A DNA stretch of 64,000 nt from Azolla caroliniana (GCA_043228905.1 JBHGNT010000002.1:10044001-10108000), one strand, 5' to 3'; shown: positions 47,892 through 63,017, counted from the stretch's first letter. Notes: generated by a model from the sequence alone, not told the origin. Numbers and translations are program-made.

Positions 47892-50800
47892 TTTGATATC
47901 TCTACATAACATACATTACATAAATACGTACATACATACATTTTTTATTTTTTACCAAAAAACCACTACTTCGCATTAGTTAGCAAAACATACATAATTT
48001 TTAGTTGCATATCTCTTAAATATCATTTCCATTTCTTTTATTTCAATTTTTTGGGTTTTGAGTTTTTTATTTTTTATTTTTTATTTTTTTGGGGGGGGGG
48101 GGGGGGGGACCAAATTCACAAGAACACAACATATGTAGTAAGTACATCATCTTGCTGAAAAGCTACGTGTGTGTGTGTGTCAGTTTGTGACAAAAACCAA
48201 ACCAAGAACAACTTCACTCTCATAATTGATGTTTTCCTTTCTATTACACTCTAATAATTGAACATCTCTACACACACACACACACTCCCAACTCATTTGC
48301 ACATACATGCCTTTACCCTCACACCTATCCTGCCCCACCCCCATTGTTAGCACCCTCCCACGAATTCGTTGTCGTATTATTGTCTCTCTCGTGCTTCACC
48401 AACCACACGTCGGTTGCCTCTCTCCCATGCATTCCTTTCCTCCCCTCCCATCTTCGTGCTTCAACACCTAGTCATTCAAGCTTGATGTCTTAAATTGTAT
48501 GTGCCTATGGTGGAGACCATCGAACACTGCATAGCTACATAGTGGATGGGTCGTTATCCTTCACCCTTTTTTCGTGTATTTCATTATTGGAATTGTAGCA
48601 TTGCGCATTTCACGGGTCGCTTGAAAACTTATTTCATTGAGAAGATGGAACACTCCACGGTAAGTAGCCTGTATTATTTCTCATTAATACTCGGCTACAT
48701 GAGTCAACTAGGGAGAGAAACAAACAAACCCTAGCTTAACTTGGGACAAGAAGATTGTGTAACATTGACATAAGCACACACATGATGCAAGCTTTCGTTT
48801 AAGTTGGGTGCTTAGGGTTTCTAACACCAACAAAGAGTCTTCAACATGAACCACACAAGAATATTTCCATTTGAAATATATTGTTGTGATGGGTGTCATT
48901 TTTTGGGATTAAAAACAAATGAAATGATGAGAGCGGGTTGCTTAGAATGAATGGAAAGAAAATGATAATAATTTGGTGTCAACGTGGCAACACTCTGATG
49001 ATGTCTTTAGATTCGGGGCTACGTAGAAAAACTTGAATCGGCGAATGCCGGTCACGTCCTCTGATCTTTATTTGTTTTTGTTTTCTTCGTTTTTAGTAAA
49101 ACAAAAAAATGAAACCCTTTTCCCTCTCATTCTCATTGAATTTTGGTAATAACACCATACAAATTCCCATGATGCCATTTTATCTCTCTTCTCGATGTGT
49201 GCACAAGGCATCATGCTCCACACATCATCGTATCATTTCAATGTTATGGAACATCACCAAATATATCTCTTTCTTCTCAGGTTTATCTATTCCAACATGA
49301 CAATCCAAAAAAGCCTTTGACGATATGGATATATCGATATGTTAAGCCGAATTTTGATTAACCCATACACCGAGTTTTAATGTCACTATTCTTTTCGCTA
49401 CTTGCCTAGATGGCATTAAAAAATGTAGCGGTTGCTATTCTGCTCTCTTTTGGACAACTTTATTAATTTCTCTCTCTCTCTCTAGAAATTTTACTTTGAC
49501 GTAAAGCTAGTATACCGTCATCGTATTTTGCTACGATTTCTTGCTAACAGATCTGTTTACGCTTTGTTTTTATTATTATAGAACATCTCATAATCATGTA
49601 GAAGTATCCCCACCCTCAATTTCAAAGCTTAAAGTAGAATCTCAAATGATGCGATACTCCTCTAATTTTAGACATCATAGAGTGCCCCACCCCCCCTCTC
49701 TATCCACAAAATTATGCATTGTTTTGAAGGTCAACAACACATAATAGCTTAAAACCTTCTTGTGCCTCAGCACTTAAACATAGTTTTGAGTGTATATTGA
49801 CAATTCAACACATTTTGTGAGACTCCCAATGCATGATAGGGTGATTGATGTGATCTTATGTGTTTCATCCCTTAAAAATATGAAATAAATGCAGTAATTG
49901 ATATTCCATCATATCAGAGTCAATTGGAAATTGTAAGTAGAGGCACACATTAAGGCTGTTTACAACTTGAAAAGTTTAAATCCATTGATATATGATTGAA
50001 GTTGTTAATTTTAACTAGCATAGACATAGCTAGAGCCTAAGACACATCAAGCAATACCCACATGCGTATAACCCTGGGAATTAAAGTGCATATGAAATAA
50101 AAAAAGATTAATGCTTACTAAAAAGGTTGAAGGAAAGGAATCCACAAATAACAAGTACATATTAATGTGTTCGCAACAAACTAACAATGATTTTTGGCAC
50201 GTCTATCCATGCACTATCTTATTATCCATACGATTAAGACCAAGTGTGCTTGATGGATGATTATAGCACTACGCATTAATTATACTATGTGAGCAATGTG
50301 TTAGTTACATTTTTGGATGCACATAAATTGACATTGACACCATAGAAGTTGACCTTGTGACTTCGGAATAGATTATTAACTCTTATCAATGTAACCTAAC
50401 AATATTTTGGGGTTCATTTTTGGAAGAGCCCTATAGGATGAGAAGCAACCAATCACTCAAATGGACTAAGACCATGTTGATACGAGAGGCCACATTCTGC
50501 ACTTGGCTATATCATGTAAGGAGGTGTACATTTGGGCTATTTATAGCAAAAGTTGAAACTTGGACGCATAACTACAAAAATCAATTGGGAACCCAACCAC
50601 AAACATGTATGCATATGATTAGGAGATTTTTTGTGTAAATATTTCTGCAATGATGATTCCATATGTGGGACAATTATTCAGATAGTGATGAGTCTACATG
50701 GGTCACATACAATATTTGGCCTTGTTCTTATCCTAACCTTGGATAAAACAACATAAGGTGTTTGAATGATATTTCCCAACTCCCTATCTCAATTCTAGAG

Positions 50801-52900
50801 AATGACTAATCTTGATCTCTATATTCTCATATGAATTTGATATAGTTAAGGTTCTCAAATTAGACTCATCGTTCATCGTGGAAAGTTTTTAGCTCAACGG
50901 GTTCACTATATGTACACACTCGTAACATAATAGTTTGTGGCTTATTTGAAACCCACTCTTAACTTTTGTAGTTTTTCAAGGAATTGAACCTACCAATATT
51001 GATCAATATCTAAATACCTCCATTATACGACACTATTTTGCATCTAAAGAAGTTATCAAAACAAGTACGTGAAGCAACGGTGAAGCCTCCATTGCTTCCA
51101 TACGACTTAGATTGCGCTCACACGATGTGAGACAAAGTGTTGGACACAAGTGATGAGAGTATATGACTATGCACTTTGCCCTAAAAAAATTCGGCAATCG
51201 AAGTATCACACTTTGATAAAATGCTCTGTCTTTGATCACATCCAACTATGCTTTCCACACTCTGGATTATAGTCTCAATAAGAAGAAGATCTTACCGATT
51301 GAGCCACATAGATCTAAAACGATTGGATTTTGGTGTCATTCAGAAAACCTTACCAATAGCGCAACATCTATCAAGAAAAATTGGATTTTGATCTCAATTA
51401 GAGAACCTTACCAACTCAGCTACATCCACCTAGGATCTCTCACTCTTCATATATAAAAAAACTGATAACTTTCTCCCTCACTCAAGGCATGTGAAAACCG
51501 AGTTTTGATTTTAGAGAGTGAGTAATTAGAGGTGTGATTAGAGAGAGAGGGGTGAAGTATGTGAAATGTAAAAAGAGGACACAAATTTAATTAATCATGG
51601 CAAATTATCATTAAACTACTTTGCTTACAAACTCTCTTTTTATTATCAATGGATAGTTTTGATCATTTCACTTTCTCTATTGATTATTAACCTTTGTGTA
51701 CAATAAATTAGATTATCTCTCAAAGTCAAACTTCAAATTAAAATCGATAATATTTACCATGATCTAGTCATGTGAATCCTAGAGCCACATGGCAAATGTT
51801 GAAATGCAAAAGGCTTTCAAAATTGCAAATGTTGAGCCACATCATTAAGAAAAGAAAATGCTTTCAAAATTGTAAAGGACAAGTCTAGCCTAAGTGAAAA
51901 TGATGTAGCATGAATGCAAACTATTTGAACTTATAATCTTGTGATTTGAGAAAATGTAGATTATAAATTGCGTTACATTGTTTTCAATGACTCTTTAGTC
52001 ACAAATAACACTAGTTGTAAATCTACAATGAGTTTAAGGACCATGTTGGAGGTGGTCCTGACATTTGTTGACCAAAATGAAAATCCTCCTTTGCATCGTA
52101 ATATTGGTGAACGTCAAAGAATCAAACTTTTGACCTTCCAAAGGTTAGTGTGAAAGTGATAGTCATGTAATGCATAGAATTTTCGTTTTTGGGCATTACT
52201 AAAAGAATATTGCATGAAATAATAAAATATAGTTCTAAAGCTATTTTTTGCATGCAACCTTCGTCATGTATAATTATGCATAAATCCAATAATTGTAACC
52301 TCATCTTATTGTGCTAATCATACAAACTTTTTATGCTTTATATAATGTTTTATTAACAATTTATGTCATCAATCATGATTAATGCAAACATTTTAGCCTT
52401 GTTGTAAAGTTTTGATTTTGTGTACGAACACAAGCTTCTTTGAGAGGGAGACAGAATGATAGTATTTTGATTGTCAAAACATTGTCTAAAGAACAAAAAA
52501 ATTACCACTACCTTACATCTAGTAATATATAGTACATGAAGTTGCTACTTTTTTCCCAATAAAAGATATTACATTAGTATTAAGAAATGCCCTAAGGTTG
52601 TACATGAAATATGTACATATACGTGATTACCCCCATGTTAAGTTCTAACTATTGGCTTAATTAAATACTTCATGAGTCGGAGACAATTGTTTTTTGAACA
52701 ACGACTCTTCTTGTTGCTTAAAAAGACTTTGTTTTCTAACCAACAACTATTTCTGATGAATGGCTACAGTTTTAAGAAAATAAGACAAAAGTTACTCGTA
52801 CCAAAGTCTCTTATAAAAGCAATTGTTTACTTTGAGATTAATTATGAATATCTTCTTAACATTCTAATGTGTACAACCTTTGCTTATAATTGGCCAAAGC

Positions 52901-55131
52901 TTGCATGGGTCCCTGATGGGACGACATTCAAGTACTTCGGATTTACGATGGGGAGGGCAATCCCCAAGGGAGCGCAATTGTCCCATGTGCAAGCTAAACT
53001 AAGCAAGAAGTTGAACCAATGGAACAGGTCTAAACTATCCTTTGCAGGTAGGGTTCTTATTGCAAACCAAGTGTTGCTCGCCACCCTGTTGCACTCAGTC
53101 TCCTGCTGGATTATGGACCCTTCAAGCTTGTACGCGATTAAGGTTGCCATCAGGGGGTTTATATGGTCAGGTAAGGACAACCCGATGGCTCCCACCAGAG
53201 TGTCATGGCATTGGTTAACACAACCACGGGCCAAAGGGGGGCTTGGCCTCATAGACCCCTTAATGCAGAGCCAAGCATTGTTAGCCAAAATGGTGGTTTG
53301 ATGCCTCCTGCCAGGTAAGGGGCGTTGGAAGGTTCTACTTCGCAATAGGTTGCAGGCAGGGACTCCCAAGTATGGTAGGCCTTGGCCCGACTCCTTGAAT
53401 TGGTGTTGCACGAGCGGAGTCCCACCCAAGATGGCTTGTCTTCCAGAGGACAGGGTCACGAACTCCATCTTGTGGGCATGGTGTCACGTACGACATCATT
53501 TGGTCAAGCACACGCCGGAGACACTAATCGAGTGGTCTAGACAACCATGATTTTGGAACCCTCAAGTGCGAACAAGTGATGACATGATGTTAGGCCAGCT
53601 TAAGGGCCTAGCATGGGGAAAGCTGGCGCAAACAAGGCTCCACTCTATAGATGATTGGAGACGCATGGTGGCTTTAGGAGGAGCCCATGAGCCATGAAAA
53701 TGCGGAGATTGATAGTTAAGGCAGTTGATAGGGTTCCGATGGGGGAGGTGAGAGAAGATGCTTGGTTCGGTCTCTTTGATGAGGCTAGAAGGGTTAAGGT
53801 GCTGAAGGGCGTGAGTACATCGGGAAGAGATATGATTTTTGGGGAGAGTCAGAGTAGGGGCTCTTGGCACCCAATCCGCGTGGTGGCGCAGGTTGGTAAA
53901 ATCTGGAAGACAGACCCGGATGTTGCTAAGGTGGAACCCCATTGGAAGTTATGGGTATATGGTTGTCGTCCCCTCGTCGAACTAGAATGGGACCCAGGGG
54001 ATTTCAGGTGGAAACATGATGGCAAATTTCACCATTTCTTCGAGTACAACACTAAATTGGGCCGAACTTTTCAACTGCAGCTAGACGGCCCTTTACGCAA
54101 TGGCTGGCGTACATTGGGCATCCCTGATGAGATGCTTATTACCTTTTGGAAGGATCTCTGGCGTCTCCACTTGCCGGAAAAGATAAAGTTTTTTTGGTGG
54201 CAAATCGGTCATAATGTGGTTCCCGTTGGTGAATGGCTAGGTAAATGTGGTGGGCCGTTAGGTTGCCCACTTTGCCATTCACCTATTGAGACTCTGAGGC
54301 ATTGTCTGTGGGATTGCCCTCAAGCTCAAAAGGTATGGGATAGAGTGACTCGCCTTCTCGTGGCATGTGAAGTGGAAGGAACAAAATCGTGGAGTGCGGC
54401 GGCATGGCTTGATCACTCCGTTGATAGGTGGACGGACGCCTTCAATGCGGATAGTTGGTGCGACGTATGCATGAGAGGCAAAATCCCCAAGATTCGATTT
54501 GAGAGAGGCTTGCAGTCTGCATTCCCTAGGTTCCCGGACATTTGGATGCTGATCGTAGGCTTCACCGAGTCGTATGTATGGAAAGCGCGTTGCCTAAAGG
54601 TCTTTTAGGATTTGGTGCGGCCCCCGGAGGAAGTGATCATGGACATATGGTTTGCGCTTATCACCTGCCTATGAGGGCAATTGGACGAGGTTTGCAGCCA
54701 TTCCACTGACGTTGCCTAAAGTTCTTTCAGGATTTGGTGCGGCCTCCGGAGGAAGTGATCATGGACATATGGTTTGCCCGTTTGCGCTTTTGGAAGAAAT
54801 GGTGGAACACGCCTATGGTAACACAAGGAGGAAGTGGCCCGAGGTGGAACTACCAGCCCCCACGCTGGCTGTTTCTGTCTCACTTACCACCCTCCCTTCG
54901 CTGTCGACCCCAGGAGTTGTCTCGTACTAGCCATCACTGAAGGGCACCGTTTTTAGCTATAGGTACTTACATTAAGTAGTTAGTCCGAAAGGCGATGTAA
55001 CTAGTCTCATTTTCTTGAACTTGATCGGAGGGAGATTCCTCGATCTATGTTTAAGCCTCCTTGTACAGTCTCTTTGTAATAATCCTTCCTAACTAATGGG
55101 AAAGTAGCTTCATTTTGGAAAAAAAGAAAAT
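52901..55131 (+). mobile_element. 5'-truncated L1-clade LINE (ORF2 C-terminus with zf-RVT)
   Basis: FKYFG, LSFAGRVLIANQVL, FIWSG, PRAKGGLGL, KIKFFWWQI, CPLC..ETLRHCLWDC. A-rich tail at 55119-55130. 11-bp TSD TTGGCCAAAGC at 52890-52900 and 55132-55142. Confidence 0.9.
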
Positions 55132-55537
55132 TTGGCCAAAGCATTTAAAAACTTTATGAACTATATGTAGTTAATGCTCTCTATTTTGGACAAAGGCATG
55201 TACAAATACTTTTTATATTAGTTATTATATCACCTTAATATGGGGTTATATTTGAAAGGTTTCTTTCTTAGTATGTTAATGACAATTCTAAGCAAATACT
55301 ATTGATAATCAAACTCAACTATATCCAATGTGTCAAAAAATATGGTGGGTGCACCGATGTGCATTAAAGTTCACCTCATTGTAATATGAGTTAATCATTT
55401 TCATGAGGAATAACTACTATTGCCATATTATCATACAAGATTAATGAGAATAAATATATTATGTATCCCATTAGGCATGAAAATGTAAGGAAGTCAACAA
55501 GAAGAGAAGAAGAAATTGTTGTCAACAAGATGAGTCA

Positions 55538-55885
55538 ATGAATAGATAGTTCTCTCTTGAGTGAGAAGCTTGATGACAATAACTTCACATCATAAAAATA
55601 GAAGATGCACCAATATTTTGTTGGACAAGGCAATTGGGGATACATTGAAGGTGATCTCGAAAAGATGCCTAACGTAATTGACCTCAACCATCTTGAATCA
55701 TAACAATGAGATCACATAGTCATATATTTCATCACAACTTTAATCTGAGATCACATACTCAATTGTGAGAGGTATGCAAAGATGCCGAAGGAAGTGTGGG
55801 AAAATCTAAAAAAGATATTCTCCACCAATACAACTGCTTATAAGGTTCAACCCCATCAAGTGTTGAACAACATTCAACAAAAAAG
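55538..55885 (+). pseudogene. very degenerate copia gag fragment (D/F-like family)
   Basis: EKLDDNNF..KMHQYFVGQGNWGYIEG and EVWENLKKIFST resemble the gag starts at 32474 and 59639. Confidence 0.7.
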
Positions 55886-56816
55886 TACTTTTTTTGAAAC
55901 ATTCGACAACAAAGGGACTAGGACATTAGATGTGCTTGGTAGAGTCTAGTCATAAACATCCCCTTGAGTATAATTCTATCATGAGAATATCCAATATTCT
56001 TTGACCAAATTTACACTTGATAATCAACTATATGTCAGCATCTAGTTCTTCATGTAACTAGATAGTTCACATAGATTACAATAAAGTGTGCTCACACATT
56101 TTTTCACACATCATGCTTTCTCCATAAGCACATGCTCCCTCATGGTCAATTGTGTGTCCTCTTAAGCTTGGTGGTGTTTGTGTAGTTGAAGGATTCATTG
56201 AAGTTGCTCAAACTGCTACATCGTGGTCTTCACATTTCTCCTATGTACTCGATCTCGATCAAGAAAGAACAATATTGAGGTATTAGGGTTTTTCATTGGG
56301 CTTATCCAATCGAGGTTTTGCTTTGAGTGCTGAGCATGTGTTGATCGTACCTCATTGCCTCTATCTCGTCAAGGGTGCTGATTCATTGTGGGGCTTATCT
56401 TTGACTTCAATATTCCGGGCTTCAGAATTCGTCCAACTTGTCAAGTTGAGTTGGATTTGAAGTATTGAGCTTATTCTATCAATGTTGTTCTCTCTCTTCC
56501 TCTTGTGCTTATCTCAAGTGCCGATTCTACTTGTATTCTTGTCAGAACAGAGTAAAAGATAGAGTGATGGAAGAAGGATATAAAGAGAACAGAAGAACAA
56601 AGGAACAGAATGATAAAAGAAGAATGGGTGTATTAAGATAGAATGAGCATAAGGGGAACCAAACACAAGATAGGTGATGAGAGCTAAAGACTGGTATTGA
56701 TTTGAATTGATTTGAGAAGACTTGTGTTTTTACAATAATCAATATATTAAAAAAAGTAGCTTTTATCATTTTATATGACAATAAGCTATCTTAATGGTTG
56801 GGTTTTTGATTATGTA

Positions 56817-57359
56817 TTACAAAGTCCTAGGTTCAAGTTCGAGTAAAGCCATGATGTTCATGACATTATCCCTCCTTCGAGAACGACAAGTGGAAGTCGA
56901 CGATAACAATGCAGGGTCAGGTTTGTTTGGATAATGGCAATGGAAGTCGTCGACAAGAGCTTGAGCGTTACAAACGTTATCAATCGGTTCCCAAGTGCTA
57001 TCATTTGGAGGATAGACTAACCAACCAATCAGATAATAGAGCTTATTATGCACAATCTTAGAATCGAGAACAACAACTACCTCGTATTTAGGGCCATCAA
57101 CAAGTTGGAAAGAAGGCGGAGGTGACACAATTTGGAATTGAAGGGGTGTGGCAAGGTTCTAAAAGAGAGCAATGAAAGACTGTGTGAAGCCATGGGTGTG
57201 TAAGAAGATTAAGACGAAATGTTGCATTGTGATTACAAAAGGACCTAAGCACTGATAATCGAGCTTAACACATGATCGGGTAGTCTTGATGTGACGATGA
57301 CACAACCATACTCGGTTACCAATCTTAAAAGGAGACTTAAGATGTTGCCAATATATCAA
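56817..57359 (-). pseudogene. gypsy chromovirus 3' end (GPF motif, chromodomain, PPT)
   Basis: KLDYQCLGPF and YEV..VLDSKIVHNKLYYLIGW..YPPNDSTWEP. PPT GAAGGAGGGA then TGTCATG at about 56866 (minus). Confidence 0.8.
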
Positions 57360-57364
57360 AATTC

Positions 57365-58476
57365 ATATGGAATTATTGAAAGCTTGTGTTGCCTATCACC
57401 CAACTCTCCAACAAAAATCAAGCATTTGTTTGGACTATTGAAGCAGACAAAGCCTTTACTCAGCTAAAAGAAGCATTCACATCAGCTCCTATCTTAGCTC
57501 ATATTGATCCAGAAAAGCCATTTACCATTAATGTAGTTGCATCAAACTTTGCGTTGGGTAGTATCCTATCACAATGAGGCGAGGATGGGTAGTCCCATCC
57601 AATTACATTTCACTTGAGAAAAATTACTAATGTAGAGATCAACTACAAGGTGCATGACAAGGAGTTACTCACTATGGTCGACTCTTTCGAGCAATGACGA
57701 CATTTCTTAGAAGGATTGCCTCATCAAATCATCATTTATAGTGATCACAAAAATCTTACATATTTCAGATGGCTCAAGTGTTAAATATGAGATAAGCTTG
57801 GTGGGCACAATTTCTAAACATTTTGCTAAGGATATCTTAGCCCACATTGGTCCAAGCCATGCATCTTGCTCCACATTACAAGGTTCATCTCGAATTCAAG
57901 TGGCAAGATGGCTTACCCATCTACAAGAATCTCCTTTATGTCCCTAATAGATCACACCACTGTCGAGTGTTAGAACACTGTCATGATGCCCCTATGACTG
58001 GACATTTTGGTATTGCCAAGACCATGGAGCTAGTGATGCGCTCATTTTGGTGTCCTCACTTACAAAACGTTTTTGAAGATTACGTTTGCACATGTGACAC
58101 CTGTTGTCAAGCCAAAATACCTAGGCATCATCCTTAGGGCTTCCTACAACTATTACCGCCTCCAAGAGAGCCATGGTAGTCTATTTTCATGGATTTCATT
58201 ATGGATCTACTACAAAAGGCTTTGATGCTATATTAACAATAGTGAAACCATTAACATGATTTACCATGATGGAGCATTTTTTGCCATGCGTAAAGAGCAT
58301 CAGTTATAGTCAAGAAACGGTAGATATCATTATGCGTGAAGTGTTTCGACATCACGATCTTCCAGACGATATAATTAGTGATCGTGGTCCTCAATTTATC
58401 TCTCACTTTTGGAAGCACCTATGGGTAGGTCTCAAAATCTCTTGCAAACTCTCTTCAACTTATCATTCACAAATTG
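57365..58476 (+). pseudogene. gypsy RT-RNase H-integrase fragment
   Basis: AFTSAPIL, ASNFALGSILSQ, NYKVHDKELL, CHDAPMTGHFG, IISDRGPQFISHFW. Confidence 0.85.
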
Positions 58477-59139
58477 TGTTGGGTTGAAAGTCCTACTCCC
58501 ACCATTGTATTTCCTAGTGTGAACATTCCTGGGAGTTAGGGCTAAATGAGTTCTCTCATATATAAATAGGAGGCATTCCTCCATGTACAAAGATAGTGTT
58601 GATTAATGCGAGATCTTCTCTTTGCTATATATTTGTGTATCCCTATGCATATTAAACATAACTCGTAGCACGAGTAGAACACACAATCCCTTGCTTACTC
58701 TACGCTTGCCTGCTCCATGCCAAGATCCAACACATGCTTCCATACAATTGACTATAGTAGATGAACCGATTACACACAGTAGTCGACCAGACACCGCTGG
58801 TGTCAACAATTGGTATCAGGGTGAGTTGGAACCCATGCATCGTTTCTATAAGAAGAGGAAGTGGACTCAAAGAGAAAGACTAGGTCGACAAAAACGTCCA
58901 AAAGGACAATGGCCTTGACATATAGTATAGGCCGCGAGATCAGAAAGTTTGACAACAAAATCTTTTCCCTATGGAAGGAGATGATGAAGGATGTGTTGAT
59001 CATAAGATGCCAGATCGAGGCGATCATGCACAATAGTAGACCGTTGACGATGACAACTGAAGAATGGTGATCGTTTTCAACGAGATTGTGAGATCAACCA
59101 TCCGAATGCATCTATTGAAAACGTTTACTTCAACAAATG
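58477..59139 (+). mobile_element. copia 'E': 5' LTR, PBS and gag start only
   Basis: TGTTG...CAACA at 58477-58808 with internal TATAAATA. TGGTATCAG at 58811. gag-like IRKFDNKIFSLWKEMMKDVL. Confidence 0.7.
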
Positions 59140-62100
59140 TGTTGAACGAGCAAGCTCAACTTGGGTTGGATCGGCTGAAGAAGTTGGGAGTCGGATTGGA
59201 TGGAGACCGATCGACAAGGCCGGATCGATGGGAACCGGAAGGCCATTGGAAAGATATTCCATGAAGGAATATTTTTGGAAGTTAGTGTAGGGGCTCACTT
59301 ATAAGCATTCAAGTATTGATAGTACTTGTGTCAGTCCTTTTAAGGACTTGTATAAAAGTGCTCTCTGAGCACATTTGATGTACATAGTGTTTATTATTTT
59401 GAATTGGGTTTATGTTCTCCACTCTCTGTCTCTCCCATATACTCTTTGTGCATTTGAAGCTTTCCATTAAAGTTGCGTATTGTCCGTTGTTGTCCGGTTG
59501 AGCTGATTGTGTCTACGCTTCCAGACATAGCTTCTACATGGTATCAGAGCGTGAGGGTTAGAACATCCTTTGCTGCCGACAAGAACTTCGGACACAAACC
59601 AAGACCTAACAACCCGGTAAGAATAGAAAAGAAGAGAAATGGATAGAGGAATGACTAGCTCGCTTCCGATGGAAAAGCTTGATAGAAGCAACTATGCATC
59701 TTGGTCGTACAAGATGCACCAATACCTGCTTGGACACAGATATTGGAGTTATGTTGACGGAGCTAATGATGCATTACCGGATGCGACACAAAGGGACTTT
59801 CCGGCTTGGGAACAAGTGGCAAGCAAGGTAATGTACTGCTTTGCATCCAGTGTCGATGACCAACTTTTGAACTACATCTAGGATGCCAAAACACTGAAGG
59901 ATGCTTGGGGAAATCTGAAGAAGATTTTTGCGGTGAGCACCACAACCATAGAGCTTCAACTCAGGCATGAGTTGAGCAATGTCTGATAAAGAGATATGTC
60001 GATGGCTGACTACACCTCCAAGATCAAGGATATCTACGATTCCCTCACCTCCGTCAACGTGAACGTCGAGGAGGACGAAATGGTGTTGGTTTGCCTCGAA
60101 GGGTTGGTGTCAAAGTTCGGATTATTCTGAACGATGGTTTGCACAAGGGAGAATACACCTTTGTTTTTCGAGCTACAATTGATGTTGCTCGTAGAAGAAA
60201 ACCACTCGGGTGCGTCGACGAGTACACACACTGACAACAAGATGTTGTACACAGAGGAAGATAGGCCCCGTGGTCATGGTGGACGAGGTGAGTCGGCATG
60301 CAATGGAGGCATCCGACAGGAACAAAAGAAAAGGCATAATCGAAATGCCGACAACAATTCCAGACCCTCAGGAAATAGGGGGAGTCAAGGCGGCATCAGA
60401 AACCGGCAGGCAAAGGCTGAAACAGAATGCTGGTATTGTGGTCGGAAGGGCCAAAGAGAGAGCGAGTGCTAGGAAAAGCGCTCCGATTCGGACAAACCCG
60501 GATTGAGCAGGGTTGACACCGAAAAAGGATCGGGCCCAACCTTTATGATGAAGCACAAGGCTACTTTGATGAAGACAAGCACCTTGAAACCAAACGAGGT
60601 ATGGTATGTTGATTCTGGAGCGTCGAACTATATGACGGGCCATGAGGAATAGTTCTCGTATATGGAGAAACCGGAACAATCAGGGGTCATCGAAATTGGT
60701 GACAACACCCGACATACCATTGAACATGTTGGAGAAGTTCCCTTAAACCACATCAGACAAAAAGGGAAGCTTATGAACGTCTTGCACATCCCAAAAATCA
60801 CGAAGAACCTGATGTTAGTTAGACAGAATGTCGACCAAGGGATGCAGGTTCGGTTCACACACCTCAGGTTCATCGAAGAAGAGAGCAAAGTCATTGCACA
60901 AGGGCGCCGAGAAGGGAGGATGTTCATCCTGGAAACAAATGAAGTTGGAACTGTGATGTTTGCAAAAGGGCGAAAGGTCGAGTCGGACATCACCTATGGC
61001 ACAAGCGGTTCAGCCATATCAAGTTCCCGCAACTTCAGAAATGCAGACGAAGAACATGGTTTTCGGGTTACTGGAATTCAGTGATCGACGCGACCAAGTC
61101 TGTGAAGCCTACCAGCTGGGGAAGCAACACTAACTTCCATTCCCCAACGAGCGAAATCAGAGCTGGAACCAGCTCAATTTTATCCATTCAGATGTCTGGG
61201 GACCAACACAAAACGTGAGCATTGGAGGAAGCCGTTACTTTGTAACCTTCATCGATGACTACACTCAACACACTAGGACATGTTTGATCGTGAAGAAGAG
61301 CGAAGTCTTCGCCTGCTTCCTGAAGGTGAAGAGCCTTGCCAAATGGAAAACTAGCAAAAAGATCAAGTGCTTGAGGGCTGATGGCGGAAAAAAGTACATT
61401 TCCGAGCAGTTCTCGAGTTAGCTACAGAAGGAAGGAATTCGGTGAGAATTCTCTTATAGATACACACCAACGCAGAATGGTGTGGCCAAGCGGAAGAATC
61501 AGACTATAGAGGAGGCGGCACGAGTGATGCTTGAAGAGAAGCATTTGCCGAAATTCTATTGGGCGAAGCGGTACATATGACCGTCTACCTACAGAATTAG
61601 ACATATGCAAATGGAGGAGTGTCAACACATGAGCTGTATTTCGAGAAGAAACCGAATCTGGCACACTTGAGGGTGTTTGACAAAATTTCCTAGTATGTGC
61701 ATGTGCCAGGTAAGAAACAAAGGAACCTAGATGCGAAAGCCGAGAAGTGCATTCTTGTCGGCAACTCGGATGAGAAAAAGGATTATTAGTGTTATAACCC
61801 TTGAACGAAAGAGGTCCAAGTAAGACGAGATGTGATTTTCGACAAGTTGGCTTCATAGTACTTGCCTTCATCTTTGAACCCCGACAACTCCATTTCGAAT
61901 TCTGGAGATGAGGTCAGTGAGGCCGAAATGCCTCCAAACAAAGAAGAAATCGGAGCTCTAGAAGAGAGTCTGATCTCATTCCGGCTAAGCGGGCCGAATG
62001 AGAGACTGAGTGGGAACGACCAGTCGGATAAGGAGTCAACGAGTAGTGGAGACTCGGCCGTGTTGTCCCTGCGCAAGGAACTAAGGAGATGGTTCACGTG

Positions 62101-63017
62101 GAAAGAGAAGGGGAAGAAGAAGATAGCGGAATATGACAGTGACAAGGACGAGTCGGATAAGAGTGAATCTGACTCCAGAAATCCTGAAGATGGACCTCTA
62201 GAGAAGAGGTCGGAGTCAGCCAAGAGGGGCATCAAATCGGTAGAGTAGAAACTGCGCCGATCTACCCGCCAAAAGAATCTCGTAGTTTGATATGGGTATA
62301 ATGAATACATAGTGCATCACTACGCGTACATGACGAAAGTGGCAGAGGTGCGTGAGCTGGAGAGCTATGCAAAAGAGGCAAAGGACGCAAATTGGCGCAT
62401 CACAATGGAGGAAGAGATGAGAGCACTAACGAAGAATGTGACTTGGGACTTGGTTGACGCCCCCAAGGGCATGAAGCCGATCAGATGCAGGTGGGTGTAC
62501 AAGATCAAGTATAACGCCGACGGATCCGCCAACCGGTACAACGCCTGGTTAGTGGCCAAGGGCTATGTGTAGCAACACGACATCGACTACAATGAGACTT
62601 TTGTGCCGGTCACGAAGATGACGAATGTCTGTGTCTTGCTCGTGGTAGTTGCGGCAAAGGGGTGGCACTTACATCAAATGGATGCCAAGAATGCGTTCCT
62701 CCAAGGTGAGCTTGAGGAATAGGTGTACATGGTATAGGCCCCCGGATTTCAGTCCGGAATGAACACGTCGACTGTTTGCCGACTGAAGAAGTTCCTCTAC
62801 AGACTAAAGCAAGCCCCACTTGCCTGGAACGCGAAGATCATGCAGCGACTGCGTCGGATGGGGTTTGCCATGTCAAAGTTGAACTCTTCACATTTCATTG
62901 GGCAAGGTCATAATGGGCCAGTTAGTATTTTACTTTACGTTGAGGATTTAGTCATCGCCAGTGCCGACTAGGAACAAATCGGCCGCATCAAGTCCTAGCT
63001 AGCAGCATCATTCTATG
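59140..63017 (+). mobile_element. copia 'F' (relative of D), 3'-truncated within RT
   Basis: LTR 59140-59538 resembles the D LTR. PBS TGGTATCAGAGC at 59539. gag 59639 MDRGMTSSLPMEKLDRSNYASW. Colinear with D up to LYVED. Confidence 0.88.

Noticed and set aside
47400-52890. Short ORFs upstream of the MYB gene
   Set aside because: AT-rich intergenic/promoter DNA with microsatellites and no coding signature.
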